From an uncultured Agathobaculum sp. (GTDB taxonomy: Bacteria; Bacillota; Clostridia; Oscillospirales; Butyricicoccaceae): a stretch of 32,000 bases of DNA. A model generated the notes under the pieces. That model worked only from the letters and a program-made list of their open reading frames with translations. It was not told the origin of the DNA and searched no databases. Made by a program: the position numbers and the translations under genes. Location of the stretch: the NCBI GenBank assembly GCA_944384695.1, contig CALWUQ010000009.1, forward strand, positions 1,297-33,296, given 5' to 3'. This document shows positions 10,645-20,969 of this stretch, in pieces. Each line of letters opens with the position of its first letter. Position 1 is the stretch's first letter.

Positions 10645-13491
10645 ATGCACGAATATATTCATGTCAAGGGTGCGCGTGAGCACAACCTGAAAAACATCGA
10701 TATCAAAATCCCGCGCGATAAGCTGGTCGTGCTCACCGGCCTGTCCGGTTCGGGCAAGTCGTCGCTGGCATTTGACACCATCTACGCCGAGGGGCAGCGC
10801 CGCTACGTTGAGTCGTTGTCGAGCTACGCGCGGCAGTTTCTGGGACAGATGGACAAGCCGGATGTGGACTACATCGACGGCCTGTCGCCCGCCATTTCGA
10901 TTGACCAGAAAACCACCTCGCAAAACCCGCGCTCGACGGTCGGCACGGTCACGGAGATTTACGATTATATGCGTCTGCTCTGGGCGCGCATCGGCACGCC
11001 GCACTGTCCCAAGTGCGGCAAGGAAATCCATCAGCAGACCATCGACCAGATTATCGACCGGCTGATGGCGCTGGAAGAACGCACGCGCGTGCAGATTCTC
11101 GCGCCCGTCGTCCGCGGCAAAAAGGGCGAGCACGTCAAGGTGTTTGAGGACGCCAGACGGCAGGGCTATGTGCGCGTGCGGGTGGACGGCGAAAACCGCG
11201 ACCTGTCCGAGGAATTGAAGCTGCAAAAGACAAAAAAGCACAACATTGAGATTGTGGTCGACCGCATCGCCATCCGCGCGGATGTGCGCAGCCGCCTGAC
11301 CGACTCGGTTGAGACTGCGGCGGCGCTGTCAGGCGGTCTGGTGATTGCGGACGTAATCGGCGGCGAGCCGATTCTGTTTTCGCAGAACTATGCCTGCGAG
11401 GATTGCGGCATTTCCATCGAGGAACTCACCCCGCGCATGTTCTCCTTCAACAACCCCTATGGCGCGTGCCCGGTGTGCACGGGACTGGGCATGCAGATGC
11501 GCGTCGACCCTGACCGTATCCTTCCCAACCGCAAGCTGTCCATTCGGCAGGGCGCTATCCGCGCCACAGGCTGGGGCAGCGCAGAGCCGGGCACCATTGC
11601 GGGGATGTACTTTACCGCGCTGGGGAAAAAGCACGGCTTTACGCTCGATACGCCAATCGAGGAGATGAGCGATGCGGCGGTGCATGAGCTGCTGTACGGC
11701 ACGGGCGATGAACCGCTGGAGCTTTCGGTCAGCCGCGTGTCGGGCGGTGTGATGCGCCAGCCGTTTGAGGGCATCGTGTGCAACCTGGAGCGCCGCTATA
11801 AGGAGACGTCGAGCGATTACGCCCGCAGCGAAATCGAGGAGTGCATGAGCGAAATCCCCTGTCCGGCGTGCCACGGCCGCCGTCTGCGTCCCGAAGTGCT
11901 CGCGGTGACGGTTGGCGGGCTGAATATCGCGGAGTTTTCCGAAAAGTCGGTCGTCAAGGCGATGGAGTTTTTGCATACGCTTCAGCTCACCGAGATGCAG
12001 CACAAAATCGGTGACCGCGTCATCAAGGAAATCATGGACCGGCTGGGCTTTTTGCAGTCGGTCGGTCTGGAATACCTGACGCTCTCGCGTTCGTCCGGCA
12101 CGCTGTCGGGCGGCGAGAGCCAGCGCATCCGGCTTGCTACCCAAATCGGCTCGTCGCTGATGGGCGTGCTATATATCCTCGATGAGCCGTCCATCGGACT
12201 GCACCAGCGCGACAATGACAAGCTGCTTGCGACCTTGAAACGCCTGCGCGACCTCGGCAACACGCTGATTGTGGTCGAGCATGACGAGGATACCATGCTC
12301 GCGGCCGACCACATTGTGGATATCGGTCCGGGCGCGGGACGTAACGGCGGTGAGGTCGTGTTTGAAGGCAAGGTGGACGACTTGCTGAAAAGCGAAACCT
12401 CCATCACCGGACAGTATCTGTCCGGCCGCAAGTGCATCCCGGTGCCCGCGGCGCGCCGCAAGGGCAACGGCAAAAAGCTGACGGTCAAGGGCTGCGCGGT
12501 CAATAACTTAAAGCACACGGACTTTACCATTCCGCTGGGCACGTTCACCTGCGTCACCGGCGTGTCCGGTTCGGGAAAATCCTCGTTTGTCAACGAGATT
12601 CTGTATAAAAAGCTCGCCGCGGAGCTGAACGGCGCCAAGACGCGCGCGGGCGCACACGATAAATTTATCGGCCTTTCGCATCTTGATAAGGTCATCGACA
12701 TCAACCAGTCGCCCATCGGGCGCACACCGCGCTCCAACCCCGCCACCTACACGGGCGTGTTCAACGACATCCGCGATTTGTTCGCTAAAACGGCGGATGC
12801 CAAGGCGCGCGGCTATGGTCCGAGCCGGTTTTCCTTTAACGTCAAGGGCGGACGGTGCGAGGCTTGCGCGGGCGACGGTTTGCTCAAAATCGAGATGCAC
12901 TTTTTGCCGGATGTGTACGTGCCCTGCGAGGTGTGCAAGGGCAAGCGGTACAACAAGGAAACGCTCGAAGTGCGCTACAAGGGCAAGAACATCTATGAAG
13001 TGCTCGACATGACGGTGGACGAAGCGTGCGAGTTTTTCGCAAATGTGCCCAAAATCGCGCGGCGGCTGGAAACCATGCGCGAGGTTGGACTGGGGTACGT
13101 CAAGCTCGGCCAGTCGTCTACCACGCTGTCGGGCGGCGAAGCGCAGCGTGCCAAGCTCGCCACCGAGCTTTCCAAGCGCTCGACCGGCAAGACGATTTAT
13201 ATTTTGGACGAGCCGACCACCGGCCTGCATGTCGCGGATGTGCATAAGCTGGTCGATGTGCTGCAAAAGCTGGTCGACGCAGGCAATACTGTGGTCGTCA
13301 TCGAGCATAATCTGGATGTTATCAAAACGGCGGATTATATCCTCGACCTCGGCCCTGAGGGCGGCGACGGCGGCGGCCGGCTGGTCGTGGCCGGCACACC
13401 GGAGGAGGTCGCGGCCTGCCCGGATTCCTACACCGGACAGTACCTCGGACGGGTGCTTGCAAAGCAGAATGCAGAGAAAACGGAAGAATAA
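10645..13491 (+). CDS. uvrA: excinuclease ABC subunit A
   Basis: Canonical N-terminus [46 protein letters not shown], two ABC modules and zinc-finger CxxC pairs. ATG 10645 was chosen; the track ORF starts at 10594. Confidence 0.97.
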   Translation: MHEYIHVKGAREHNLKNIDIKIPRDKLVVLTGLSGSGKSSLAFDTIYAEGQRRYVESLSSYARQFLGQMDKPDVDYIDGLSPAISIDQKTTSQNPRSTVGTVTEIYDYMRLLWARIGTPHCPKCGKEIHQQTIDQIIDRLMALEERTRVQILAPVVRGKKGEHVKVFEDARRQGYVRVRVDGENRDLSEELKLQKTKKHNIEIVVDRIAIRADVRSRLTDSVETAAALSGGLVIADVIGGEPILFSQNYACEDCGISIEELTPRMFSFNNPYGACPVCTGLGMQMRVDPDRILPNRKLSIRQGAIRATGWGSAEPGTIAGMYFTALGKKHGFTLDTPIEEMSDAAVHELLYGTGDEPLELSVSRVSGGVMRQPFEGIVCNLERRYKETSSDYARSEIEECMSEIPCPACHGRRLRPEVLAVTVGGLNIAEFSEKSVVKAMEFLHTLQLTEMQHKIGDRVIKEIMDRLGFLQSVGLEYLTLSRSSGTLSGGESQRIRLATQIGSSLMGVLYILDEPSIGLHQRDNDKLLATLKRLRDLGNTLIVVEHDEDTMLAADHIVDIGPGAGRNGGEVVFEGKVDDLLKSETSITGQYLSGRKCIPVPAARRKGNGKKLTVKGCAVNNLKHTDFTIPLGTFTCVTGVSGSGKSSFVNEILYKKLAAELNGAKTRAGAHDKFIGLSHLDKVIDINQSPIGRTPRSNPATYTGVFNDIRDLFAKTADAKARGYGPSRFSFNVKGGRCEACAGDGLLKIEMHFLPDVYVPCEVCKGKRYNKETLEVRYKGKNIYEVLDMTVDEACEFFANVPKIARRLETMREVGLGYVKLGQSSTTLSGGEAQRAKLATELSKRSTGKTIYILDEPTTGLHVADVHKLVDVLQKLVDAGNTVVVIEHNLDVIKTADYILDLGPEGGDGGGRLVVAGTPEEVAACPDSYTGQYLGRVLAKQNAEKTEE

Positions 13492-13512
13492 AGCAGCTTT
13501 TTGCGTGAAAAA

Positions 13513-13545
13513 AGCGGGCATTTCCTTGCGAAATGCCCGCTTTTG
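13513..13545 (+). terminator. rho-independent terminator after uvrA
   Basis: 12-bp stem AGCGGGCATTTC / GAAATGCCCGCT with a 5-nt loop, followed by TTTT. Confidence 0.8.
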
Positions 13546-13563
13546 ACAATTTGCATAAAAATG

Positions 13564-13592
13564 TTGAGCTTTGTGGCGCGTTTTGGTATAAT
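13564..13592 (+). promoter_or_regulatory. promoter for recJ-relA gene run
   Basis: TTGAGC (13564-13569), 17-nt spacer ending in TGG, TATAAT (13587-13592). This gives an extended -10 (TGnTATAAT), 32 nt upstream of ATG 13624. Confidence 0.6.
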
Positions 13593-13623
13593 AATGGTAA
13601 TATAAAATAAATGAGGGAGTCAT

Positions 13624-15699
13624 ATGAAAACAAAGCGATGGGTGATCGCCGACCCCGCTGAGGCGCGCGTGCGCGCCCTGTCGGAGGAGGGCGGGTATGC
13701 CCCGCTGACCGCGGCCGTCCTTGTGGCGCGCGGGATTGATACGCCGCAGGCCGCAGCGGCGTATCTGAGCTGTGATACATCCGGCCTGCACGATCCGTTT
13801 CTGCTGACAGATATGGATAAGGCCGTCGCGGTGATCCGCGGCGCAATCGAGCGCGGCGAGCATATTGTGGTATACGGAGATTATGATGTGGATGGCGTGA
13901 CCGCCACCTGCACGCTGGTGGATTATTTGCGCAGCCGCGGCGCAACATGTGAATATTACATCCCCAACCGCTTGCGCGAGGGCTATGGACTGTCCCGCGC
14001 GGCGATGGAGGCGCTGTATGAGAAGGGCACGCGCCTGCTTATCACGGTCGATTCCGGCATCACCGCCGACGAAGAAATCGCGGTCGCGCGCGAGCTGGGC
14101 ATGCAGGTGGTCATCACCGACCACCATGAGTGCCACGACGCGCTGCCCGCGGCGGATGCGGTGGTCGATTACAAACGGTCGGACTGCACCTATCCGTTTG
14201 ACAGCCTTGCCGGCGTGGGCGTGGCGTTCAAGCTGATTTGCGCGATGGAGGGCAATGCGGAAGCCGTGCTCGAGCGGTATGCCGATTTGGTTGCGCTGGG
14301 TACGGTCGCGGACGTCATGCCGATTACGGGTGAAAACCGCATCATCGTGGCGGCAGGGCTGAAAAAAATGGCCGAGACCGGCAATGTCGGTCTGGAAATG
14401 CTGCTGCGCGAGGCGGGGATGAAGCATAAGCGCCTGACCTCCTCGACCATCAGCTTTGTGCTGGCCCCGCGCATCAACGCGGCGGGCCGTATGGGACGCG
14501 CGGAGCTTGCCGCCGAGTTGTTCCTGACGCACGACCCGGTGCGCGCGCAGTCGCTTGCCGCGCAGCTTTGCGAGCAAAACAAGCTGCGGCAGAATGAGGA
14601 AAACCAGATTTTAACGCAGGCGCTCGCCCGTCTGCGCAAGGAATACAATCCCCTTGAGGATAAAATCATCGTGCTGGCGGAAAAAGGCTGGCATCACGGC
14701 GTGATTGGCATTGTCTGCTCGCGCCTGTGCGACCGGTACGGCTGCCCGGTCGTGCTCATTTCGCTCGATGAGGACGGCACGGGCAAAGGCTCGGGCCGCT
14801 CGGTGGGCGGGTTCAACCTGTTTGATGCGCTGACCTCGTGCGAGGATTTGCTGGAGCGCTACGGCGGGCATGCGCTGGCCGCAGGCCTGACCGTGGACGC
14901 GGACAAGGTGGATACGCTGCGCGAGCGGCTGCGCGCCTATGCCGAGACGCACGTCACCATGGCGGAGCTGGTGCCGCAGCTGCACATCGACTGCATGGTG
15001 CGCCCCGAATGGCTGACCGAGGAGAATATCGAGGCGCTGAGCGTCCTTGAGCCGTACGGCATGCACAACCCGGAGCCGGTGTTCTGCATGAAGGACATGG
15101 TGGCCGAGGATATCACGCCCATTTCGTCCGACCGGCATGTGCGCATGACGCTGGTCAAGGACGGCGTGCGCTTTTCCGCCATCTGGTTCGGCACAGGCGC
15201 GGGCGGACTCGGCTTTGTGGAGGGCAACCGCGTCGATGCCGCCTTTCATCTGGAAATCAATGAGTTTCGCGGCCGCCGCACGGTGCAGCTGACGCTGTGC
15301 GATGCGCAGCTGAGCGATTGTGAGCATCTGGCCGACCAGAAGCTGCTCAATGTGTATAATACCTACATGGCCGACGGGCCGCTGACCGCGCGTGAGGCAC
15401 GCCTGCTGCTGCCCGACCGCAAGGATTTGGTGGCGGTGTGGCGGCATATCGTGTGCCGCGCGGAGGATGGCCGCCTGTCCGTGCCGGACGGTGCGCTGTC
15501 GCGCCGCGTGGCGTGGGAGAGCCGCCGCGATATCAACATCGGCAAGTTATTCGTCTGTCTGGACGTGTTTTCTGAGTCCGGGCTGATTAGTTATCATTTC
15601 AAGGAAGGGATGCTCAACATCCTGCTCAAGCCTTACGAGGGTAAGGCGGATATATCCGGTTCGGTCGTTCTGGCCACGCTGCAAAGCATGGCGGGTTAA
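13624..15699 (+). CDS. recJ: single-stranded-DNA-specific exonuclease RecJ
   Basis: 691 aa with DHH motifs (GDYDVDGVT, TVDSG, ITDHH) and a DHHA1 region (GGH..AAG). GAGGGAG SD upstream. Confidence 0.95.
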   Translation: MKTKRWVIADPAEARVRALSEEGGYAPLTAAVLVARGIDTPQAAAAYLSCDTSGLHDPFLLTDMDKAVAVIRGAIERGEHIVVYGDYDVDGVTATCTLVDYLRSRGATCEYYIPNRLREGYGLSRAAMEALYEKGTRLLITVDSGITADEEIAVARELGMQVVITDHHECHDALPAADAVVDYKRSDCTYPFDSLAGVGVAFKLICAMEGNAEAVLERYADLVALGTVADVMPITGENRIIVAAGLKKMAETGNVGLEMLLREAGMKHKRLTSSTISFVLAPRINAAGRMGRAELAAELFLTHDPVRAQSLAAQLCEQNKLRQNEENQILTQALARLRKEYNPLEDKIIVLAEKGWHHGVIGIVCSRLCDRYGCPVVLISLDEDGTGKGSGRSVGGFNLFDALTSCEDLLERYGGHALAAGLTVDADKVDTLRERLRAYAETHVTMAELVPQLHIDCMVRPEWLTEENIEALSVLEPYGMHNPEPVFCMKDMVAEDITPISSDRHVRMTLVKDGVRFSAIWFGTGAGGLGFVEGNRVDAAFHLEINEFRGRRTVQLTLCDAQLSDCEHLADQKLLNVYNTYMADGPLTAREARLLLPDRKDLVAVWRHIVCRAEDGRLSVPDGALSRRVAWESRRDINIGKLFVCLDVFSESGLISYHFKEGMLNILLKPYEGKADISGSVVLATLQSMAG

Positions 15700-15718
15700 C
15701 GGAATGGGGGAACGAAGT

Positions 15719-17902
15719 ATGCAAAACAAACTGGATTTTTTAATCGAGCGCGTGCAAAAGCAAAATCCGCAGGCCAACATCCGCAAAATCCGTGCGGCTT
15801 ATGAGTGCGCGGCTGCCGCGCATGAGGGACAAAAGCGCAAAAACGGCGAGCCGTATATCATCCATCCGGTTTCAGTCGCGGAAATCGTGGTCGAAATGGG
15901 ATTGGATACCGACTCGATTTGCGCGGCGCTGCTGCATGACTGCATTGAGGACACCAACTTCGGTTACAAGGAAATCGAGAACAAATTCGGCACGCCGGTC
16001 GCGGAGCTGGTGGATGGCGTCACCCGTCTGGGCATGCTGCGCTATTCCAAGGAGCAGGAGCAGTTCGAGGACCTGCGCAAGATGTTCCTTGCCATGGCGA
16101 AGGATATCCGCGTCATCCTCATCAAGCTGGCCGACCGCCTGCACAATGCGCGCACCTTCCAGTACTTGCCCGAGCGCAAGCAGCGCGATAAGGCGCTCGA
16201 GACCATGGAAATCTATGCGCCGATTGCCCATCGACTGGGCATGAGCCGCATCAAGTGGGAGCTGGAGGACCTGTCGCTCAAAATCCTCGACCCCATCGGC
16301 TACAATGAGATTGTCGAGGGCCTGAAAAAGCAGAGCGAACAGCACGAGGAGTTCCTCAAGGGCATTCAGGAGCGCATCAGCGCCAAGCTGGCGGAGGCGC
16401 ATATCAAAAACACGATTTCGGCGCGCGTCAAGCATATCTATTCGATTTACCGCAAGATGTACGCCCAGCATAAGACGATTGATGAGATTTACGACATCTG
16501 CGCGGTGCGCGTAATCGTCGATACGGTGGCGGACTGCTACAACGTACTCGGCTATGTGCACGACCTTTATAAGCCGATTCCGGGACGTTTCAAGGACTAT
16601 ATCTCCACCCCCAAGCCCAATGGCTACCAGTCGCTGCACACGACGGTCATCGGACGCGCGGGTGTGCCGTTTGAAATCCAGATTCGCACCACCGAGATGC
16701 ACAAAATGGCGGAATACGGCGTGGCGGCGCACTGGAAATACAAGCAGGGCCTGACCAAAAAGGGCAATGAGGAAACCTTTGCGTGGATTCGTCAGCTGCT
16801 CGAAGCGCAGCAGGACACTGAGGCCGAGGATTTCATCAAAAACATCAAGGTCGATTTGTTTGCCGACGAGGTGTTCGTCTTTACGCCCAAGGGAGACGTG
16901 GTCAACATGCCCGCGGGCGCGACCCCGATTGACCTTGCCTACGCCATCCACTCGGCGGTCGGCAACCGCATGACCGGCTGCAAAATCAATGGCCGTATCG
17001 CGCCGATTGACAGCCAGCTGAAAAACGGTGATATCGTTGAGATTTTGACCTCCAAGGAAGCGCATGGACCGAGCCGCGACTGGGTCAAAATCGTCAAGAC
17101 CACCGAGGCGCGCAACAAGATTAAACAATGGTTCAAGAAGGAGTGCCGCGAGGAGAATATCGTCAACGGCCGCGAGGACCTTGACCGTGAGCTGCGCGCG
17201 AACCTGTTGTACAACGGCTTTTATGAGAATGAGGAAGTGCGCAAGAACACGCTCAACAAGTTCTCCTTCAATACGCTCGATGAGCTGTACGCCGCCATCG
17301 GTTACGGCGGTATCACGCTGACCAAGGTCATCAACAAGGTCAAGGATGACATTGGTAAGCTGCGCCGCCAGCGCGAGCTGGCCGAGCGCGCGGCCCAGCC
17401 GCAGCCCGAGCAGCAGCCCAAGCGTGTCACCCGCTCCACCACCGGCGTAGTCGTCGAGGGAATCGACAACTGTCTGGTCAAGTTTGCGCGTTGCTGCACG
17501 CCGATTCCGGGCGATGAGATTGTCGGTTTCGTTACACGCGGCTATGGTGTGTCCATCCATCGGCGCGACTGCGTCAACGTTCATATACAGGAGGACCCGG
17601 ACCGCTGGGTGCGCGCTTGGTGGGATGAGGATTTGGCTATCTCCGACCGTTCCAACCGCTTCTCCACCGGTTTGCAGATTTCCACGCGCAGCCGCATCGG
17701 CGTGCTGAGCGATGTGACCGCAGTGCTGGCTGCCTGCAAAATCAATGTGCACGAGATTTCGGCGCGCGACCTCAACGACGGCTATGGCATCATCAACGCG
17801 ATGGTAGACGTTGCGGGGGTGCACCAGCTTGACAACCTCATCAGCCGTTTGCGCTCGATTAAGGGCGTGGTGGACGTGACACGCACGGTGGACACCAACT
17901 GA
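15719..17902 (+). CDS. relA: bifunctional (p)ppGpp synthetase/hydrolase (RelA/SpoT family)
   Basis: HD domain (HPVSVA...LLHD.IED), RelA_SpoT synthetase region (YRSLHT-like YQSLHTTV), TGS and ACT domains. ATG 15719 lies after GGGGGAA; an alternative ATG is at 15704. Confidence 0.95.
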   Translation: MQNKLDFLIERVQKQNPQANIRKIRAAYECAAAAHEGQKRKNGEPYIIHPVSVAEIVVEMGLDTDSICAALLHDCIEDTNFGYKEIENKFGTPVAELVDGVTRLGMLRYSKEQEQFEDLRKMFLAMAKDIRVILIKLADRLHNARTFQYLPERKQRDKALETMEIYAPIAHRLGMSRIKWELEDLSLKILDPIGYNEIVEGLKKQSEQHEEFLKGIQERISAKLAEAHIKNTISARVKHIYSIYRKMYAQHKTIDEIYDICAVRVIVDTVADCYNVLGYVHDLYKPIPGRFKDYISTPKPNGYQSLHTTVIGRAGVPFEIQIRTTEMHKMAEYGVAAHWKYKQGLTKKGNEETFAWIRQLLEAQQDTEAEDFIKNIKVDLFADEVFVFTPKGDVVNMPAGATPIDLAYAIHSAVGNRMTGCKINGRIAPIDSQLKNGDIVEILTSKEAHGPSRDWVKIVKTTEARNKIKQWFKKECREENIVNGREDLDRELRANLLYNGFYENEEVRKNTLNKFSFNTLDELYAAIGYGGITLTKVINKVKDDIGKLRRQRELAERAAQPQPEQQPKRVTRSTTGVVVEGIDNCLVKFARCCTPIPGDEIVGFVTRGYGVSIHRRDCVNVHIQEDPDRWVRAWWDEDLAISDRSNRFSTGLQISTRSRIGVLSDVTAVLAACKINVHEISARDLNDGYGIINAMVDVAGVHQLDNLISRLRSIKGVVDVTRTVDTN

Positions 17903-17941
17903 TGCGGCCGGACAGATACAACAAACAAGTAAGGAACAACC

Positions 17942-18706
17942 ATGCAGAGGAAATATTTCTTTTTTGATATCGACGGCACACTGAGCGTCGGGCAGACTAT
18001 GGTCATGCCGGAGAGCGCGGTGCGCTGTCTGGAACAGCTGCGCGCCAACGGGCATTTCACAGCGCTCGCCACCGGCCGTTTGCAGGCATCGGCGGCGGGG
18101 TTTGCCGCGCAGCACGGTTTCACCGATTTCGTCGCGGACGGCGGGTACAGTTTGACCGTCGGCGGCAAGATTGTGGAGATGAAAAGCCTGCCGGTCGCAG
18201 ACTGCATCGCGCTGATTGACCGGCTGGAAGCAGCGGGCATCCCGTGGGCGGTCACGCCGGTCAATGAGCGCATCTGTGTGACCACTGACAAACGCTATCT
18301 GGACGCTGCGCCGCCCGAATACTTCCCGACGCGGTACGACCCGGCGTTTGATTACCGCACCTTGCAGGTGCTGTATAAGGTCAACATTGTATGCACGGCG
18401 GAACAGGAGGGCAACATGGATTTTGGCACGCTGCCGACCGTGCGGTACAATCGTGATATCCTGCTCGTCGAGCCAACCGAAAAGCAAAACGGCATCCGCC
18501 GTATGGTGGAGCGGCTCGGTATTCCGAATGAGGACGTGGTCATCTTCGGGGACGGCACGAACGACGTTTGCATGTTTGGGCAGGGCTGGTTCTCGGTCGC
18601 CATGGGCAATGCACGCGACGCGCTCAAGCACATGGCGGATTATGTCACCGACCTGGTCGACCGGGACGGCCTATGGAATGCCTGCCGTCATTTCGGTTGG
18701 ATTTAA
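17942..18706 (+). CDS. Cof-type HAD-IIB family hydrolase
   Basis: FFDIDGTL motif I, a cap region, and C-terminal GDG.NDV.MF followed by AMGNA. Confidence 0.85.
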   Translation: MQRKYFFFDIDGTLSVGQTMVMPESAVRCLEQLRANGHFTALATGRLQASAAGFAAQHGFTDFVADGGYSLTVGGKIVEMKSLPVADCIALIDRLEAAGIPWAVTPVNERICVTTDKRYLDAAPPEYFPTRYDPAFDYRTLQVLYKVNIVCTAEQEGNMDFGTLPTVRYNRDILLVEPTEKQNGIRRMVERLGIPNEDVVIFGDGTNDVCMFGQGWFSVAMGNARDALKHMADYVTDLVDRDGLWNACRHFGWI

Positions 18707-18718
18707 GGAGAGACGCAC

Positions 18719-19489
18719 ATGCTGTTTGATACCCATGCGCATTATGATGACGAACGCTTTGACGAGGACCGAGACGCGCTTTTATCCTCCATGCCGGAGC
18801 ACAATGTCGGATTGATTCTCAATCCGGGCTGCGATGTGGAGACTTCGCGCAAGGCGGTAAGCTATGCGCAAAAATACCCGTTTGTATATGCCGCCGTCGG
18901 CATTCATCCGGAAAATATCAACGAAAATTGGAATAATGACCTCGCGGTCATCAAAGAACTGGCCCAGACCGAGCCGCGCGTGCGCGCCATTGGGGAGATT
19001 GGGCTGGACTACTATTGGGAAAAGGACGAGCGCGCCCGCGCGCGGCAGCAGGTCGTGTTCGCGCATCAGATGGAGCTGGCGCGTGAGCTGGACAAGCCGG
19101 TGATTGTGCATGACCGAGACGCGCATGCGGATTGTCTGGAAATTGCGCGGCGGTACGCCGGGACGCAGGGGGTATTCCACTGCTTTGCAGGCAGCGTCGA
19201 GATGGCGCGCGAACTGCTCAAGCTCGGCTATTATCTTTCGTTTACCGGCGTGATTACCTTCAAGAATGCGCGCCGCGCCATTGAGGTCATCCGTGAAGTG
19301 CCGCTTGAACGGCTGATGGTGGAAACCGATTCGCCCTATATGGCGCCCGAGCCGTATCGCGGCCGGCGCAATTCGTCGCTGTATGTCTATCGTATGGCTG
19401 AGACGATTGCGCAAATCAAAGGCGTGGATGTCGGTGAAGTGGAGCGCGTCACCACCGAAAACGGCAAGCGCCTGTTTGACATCCATTGA
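18719..19489 (+). CDS. tatD: TatD family metal-dependent hydrolase
   Basis: MLFDTHAHY, GIHP, EIGLDY, VHDRDAH, FHCF.G and ETDSPYM motifs. Confidence 0.9.
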   Translation: MLFDTHAHYDDERFDEDRDALLSSMPEHNVGLILNPGCDVETSRKAVSYAQKYPFVYAAVGIHPENINENWNNDLAVIKELAQTEPRVRAIGEIGLDYYWEKDERARARQQVVFAHQMELARELDKPVIVHDRDAHADCLEIARRYAGTQGVFHCFAGSVEMARELLKLGYYLSFTGVITFKNARRAIEVIREVPLERLMVETDSPYMAPEPYRGRRNSSLYVYRMAETIAQIKGVDVGEVERVTTENGKRLFDIH

Positions 19490-19506
19490 GCCGGTTTACA
19501 GGGAAT

Positions 19507-19536
19507 ACAAAAAAGCCCGCCATTGGCGGGCTTTTC
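19507..19536. terminator. rho-independent terminator after tatD (A/T tracts on both sides)
   Basis: AAAAAAAA-GCCCGCC-ATT-GGCGGGC-TTTT, a 7-bp GC stem at 19515-19531. Confidence 0.7.
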
Positions 19537-19539
19537 ACT

Positions 19540-19564
19540 TGGAGCGGATGATGGGAGTCGAACC
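19540..19564 (-). other. orphan tRNA 3'-end fragment (T-loop to CCA), putative att junction; possibly derived from tRNA-Gly
   Basis: The reverse strand reads GGTTCGACTCCCATCATCCGCTCCA: T-loop TTCGACT, T-stem 3' half CCCAT, acceptor 3' strand CATCCGC, U73, CCA. No matching 5' acceptor strand (GCGGATG) or T-stem 5' half follows toward 19616. That DNA instead encodes the integrase C-terminus. Confidence 0.6.
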
Positions 19565-19584
19565 TGTGCAGGGGGCGCAGAGTA

Positions 19585-20628
19585 TCAGGCGTTTTCGGTA
19601 TCTGTGTTGCATTTCGTGTTGCATAATGCTTCAAAATAGCGGTCAATTTGGTCATCAACGGCCTTGCGTTTGTCCGAAAAGGTATGCTGATAGACGGTTT
19701 GCAGCACGGCATTCGTTGACCAGCCGCCGCGCTCCATGGCGTACTTCTCCGGCACGCCCAGCTGCAACATGACCGAGGCGTTTAGATGCCGCAAGTCGTG
19801 AAAGCGCATGTGCGGCAGCCCGGCCTCAGCAATTGCTGCGACAAAGCGGTTATAGATCACCGCGCCGCTTTCCTTGATGATTGGTTCGTTCGGTTTGCCC
19901 TTGCCGATCAGCTGCCGCAGATAGGGCGGCAGGCGCAGCCGTCGCGTGCTGGTGAAAGTCTTGGTCTGCTCGCGCACTTCCTCATGATCGCCGACATGCA
20001 GCACCGTGCGCCGAATCGTCAGAATGTCGCCGCTGATGTCGCCATAGCGCAGGCCGCGCACCTCGCTCATACGCAGCGATAGCCAGAGTGCCAGCAGGGC
20101 GGGCAGCTCGACCGACGTGCCCTGCACGGCATGGATCACCTGCTCGGGTGTAGGCAGGGTACGCAGCCGCCGCTTTTTGGCGGGCAGCGTGACGCGCAGT
20201 CGAAGGTCGGGCGCAAACATGGCGCACGCGGCTGAAATCAGGCCGTAGGCGTTGGCGACAGTTTTCGGCGAGCATTCTACCGCCTCGCGGTTAATTGCGC
20301 TTTGTACGGCCGCTGAGTCCAGCGCAGCGAGAGACAGCTTTTGCAGCGCCCCAAACCGATGCTTGGCAATCGACCGATAGGCCTGTACGGTCGTGGGGGA
20401 AAGCACATGTTCCTTGGAGTCGATGTACTGCTCGATGGCCTGCGCAAGCGTCAGCTCCGCAGCAGTGCCGCCTTTGCGTTTACGGGTGAGGTATTCGCTG
20501 GCCAGAAACTCCGCAGTGCGTTTGTCCGGATCAGTAAAGGATTTGTATTGCCGCTTGCCGGAGGCATCTTTGCCGGTATAGACCAGTACGCGGTAGTTGC
20601 CTGATGGTAATTTCTTTGCTGTTGCCAT
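19585..20628 (-). CDS. site-specific tyrosine recombinase (phage integrase family)
   Basis: 347 aa from ATG 20628, with GGAGG 8 nt upstream. It has an N-terminal arm-binding-like AKKLPSGNYRVLVY..KD..GKR, a core-binding region, and a catalytic region with R (MSEVRGL), HDLRH and the terminal ...YQHT tyrosine. The track ORF starts at 20694, inside a terminator hairpin. Confidence 0.9.
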   Translation of the reverse strand: MATAKKLPSGNYRVLVYTGKDASGKRQYKSFTDPDKRTAEFLASEYLTRKRKGGTAAELTLAQAIEQYIDSKEHVLSPTTVQAYRSIAKHRFGALQKLSLAALDSAAVQSAINREAVECSPKTVANAYGLISAACAMFAPDLRLRVTLPAKKRRLRTLPTPEQVIHAVQGTSVELPALLALWLSLRMSEVRGLRYGDISGDILTIRRTVLHVGDHEEVREQTKTFTSTRRLRLPPYLRQLIGKGKPNEPIIKESGAVIYNRFVAAIAEAGLPHMRFHDLRHLNASVMLQLGVPEKYAMERGGWSTNAVLQTVYQHTFSDKRKAVDDQIDRYFEALCNTKCNTDTENA

Positions 20629-20672
20629 TGCGAAAACCTCCAAAAAGGAACATTTGTTCGGTTTGAGTGGGT

Positions 20673-20717
20673 GAAAAAATGCAGACCACAACAAAACAGT
20701 GTTCGGTTGTGGTCTGC
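20673..20717 (-). terminator. rho-independent terminator (minus strand) between the HTH genes and integrase
   Basis: 12-bp perfect stem GCAGACCACAAC / GTTGTGGTCTGC (20681-20692 / 20706-20717). On the minus strand it is followed by ATTTTTTC. Confidence 0.7.
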
Positions 20718-20726
20718 GGGGTTATT

Positions 20727-20939
20727 TTAGCGCTCAGCTTCATCGGGGATATATTCCATAATATCTCCAGGCTGACAATTTAGAAGCTTACAGAGACGCT
20801 CTATGATTTCGGTAGTAACATATTGATTTTTGATTAGACGATCAACCGAATTTGCGTGAATGCCATTAAGCCGCAACCAATGCTTGTTGACACCTTGTTG
20901 CTCCATCAAGGAGAAAAGCTTTTTGTATGTAATTGGCAT
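20727..20939 (-). CDS. small Cro/C1-type HTH protein (HTH_26-like), paralog 1
   Basis: 70 aa from ATG 20939, after AAGGAGA. The C-terminus ...RLCKLLNCQPGDIMEYIPDE is typical of HTH_26 proteins. The track start at 20945 is a TTG. Confidence 0.75.
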   Translation of the reverse strand: MPITYKKLFSLMEQQGVNKHWLRLNGIHANSVDRLIKNQYVTTEIIERLCKLLNCQPGDIMEYIPDEAER

Positions 20940-20969
20940 GAGCAAGTCTCCTTTATATCTGAAAATGTG

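Noticed and set aside
15872-18631. Very long antisense ORFs in the GC-rich backbone. Examples are 919 aa at 15872..18631 (-), 689 aa at 12508..14577 (-), 452 aa at 9883..11241 (-), 404 aa at 7331..8545 (-), 370 aa at 8567..9679 (-), 341 aa at 1389..2414 (-), and about 300 aa at 3070..4150 (-).
   Set aside because: Each lies opposite a confidently recognised conserved gene (relA, uvrA/recJ, uvrB, regulators and others). Their translations are Arg/Ala/His/Gln-rich low-complexity strings without motifs. Stop-codon depletion on the antisense strand is expected at this GC content.
19540-19616. Possible complete tRNA gene on the minus strand next to the integrase.
   Set aside because: Only the 3' 25 nt look like a tRNA. 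The expected 5' acceptor strand and D/anticodon arms are absent, and the region reads through as the integrase C-terminus (...CNTKCNTDTENA stop). It is kept only as an att-associated fragment.
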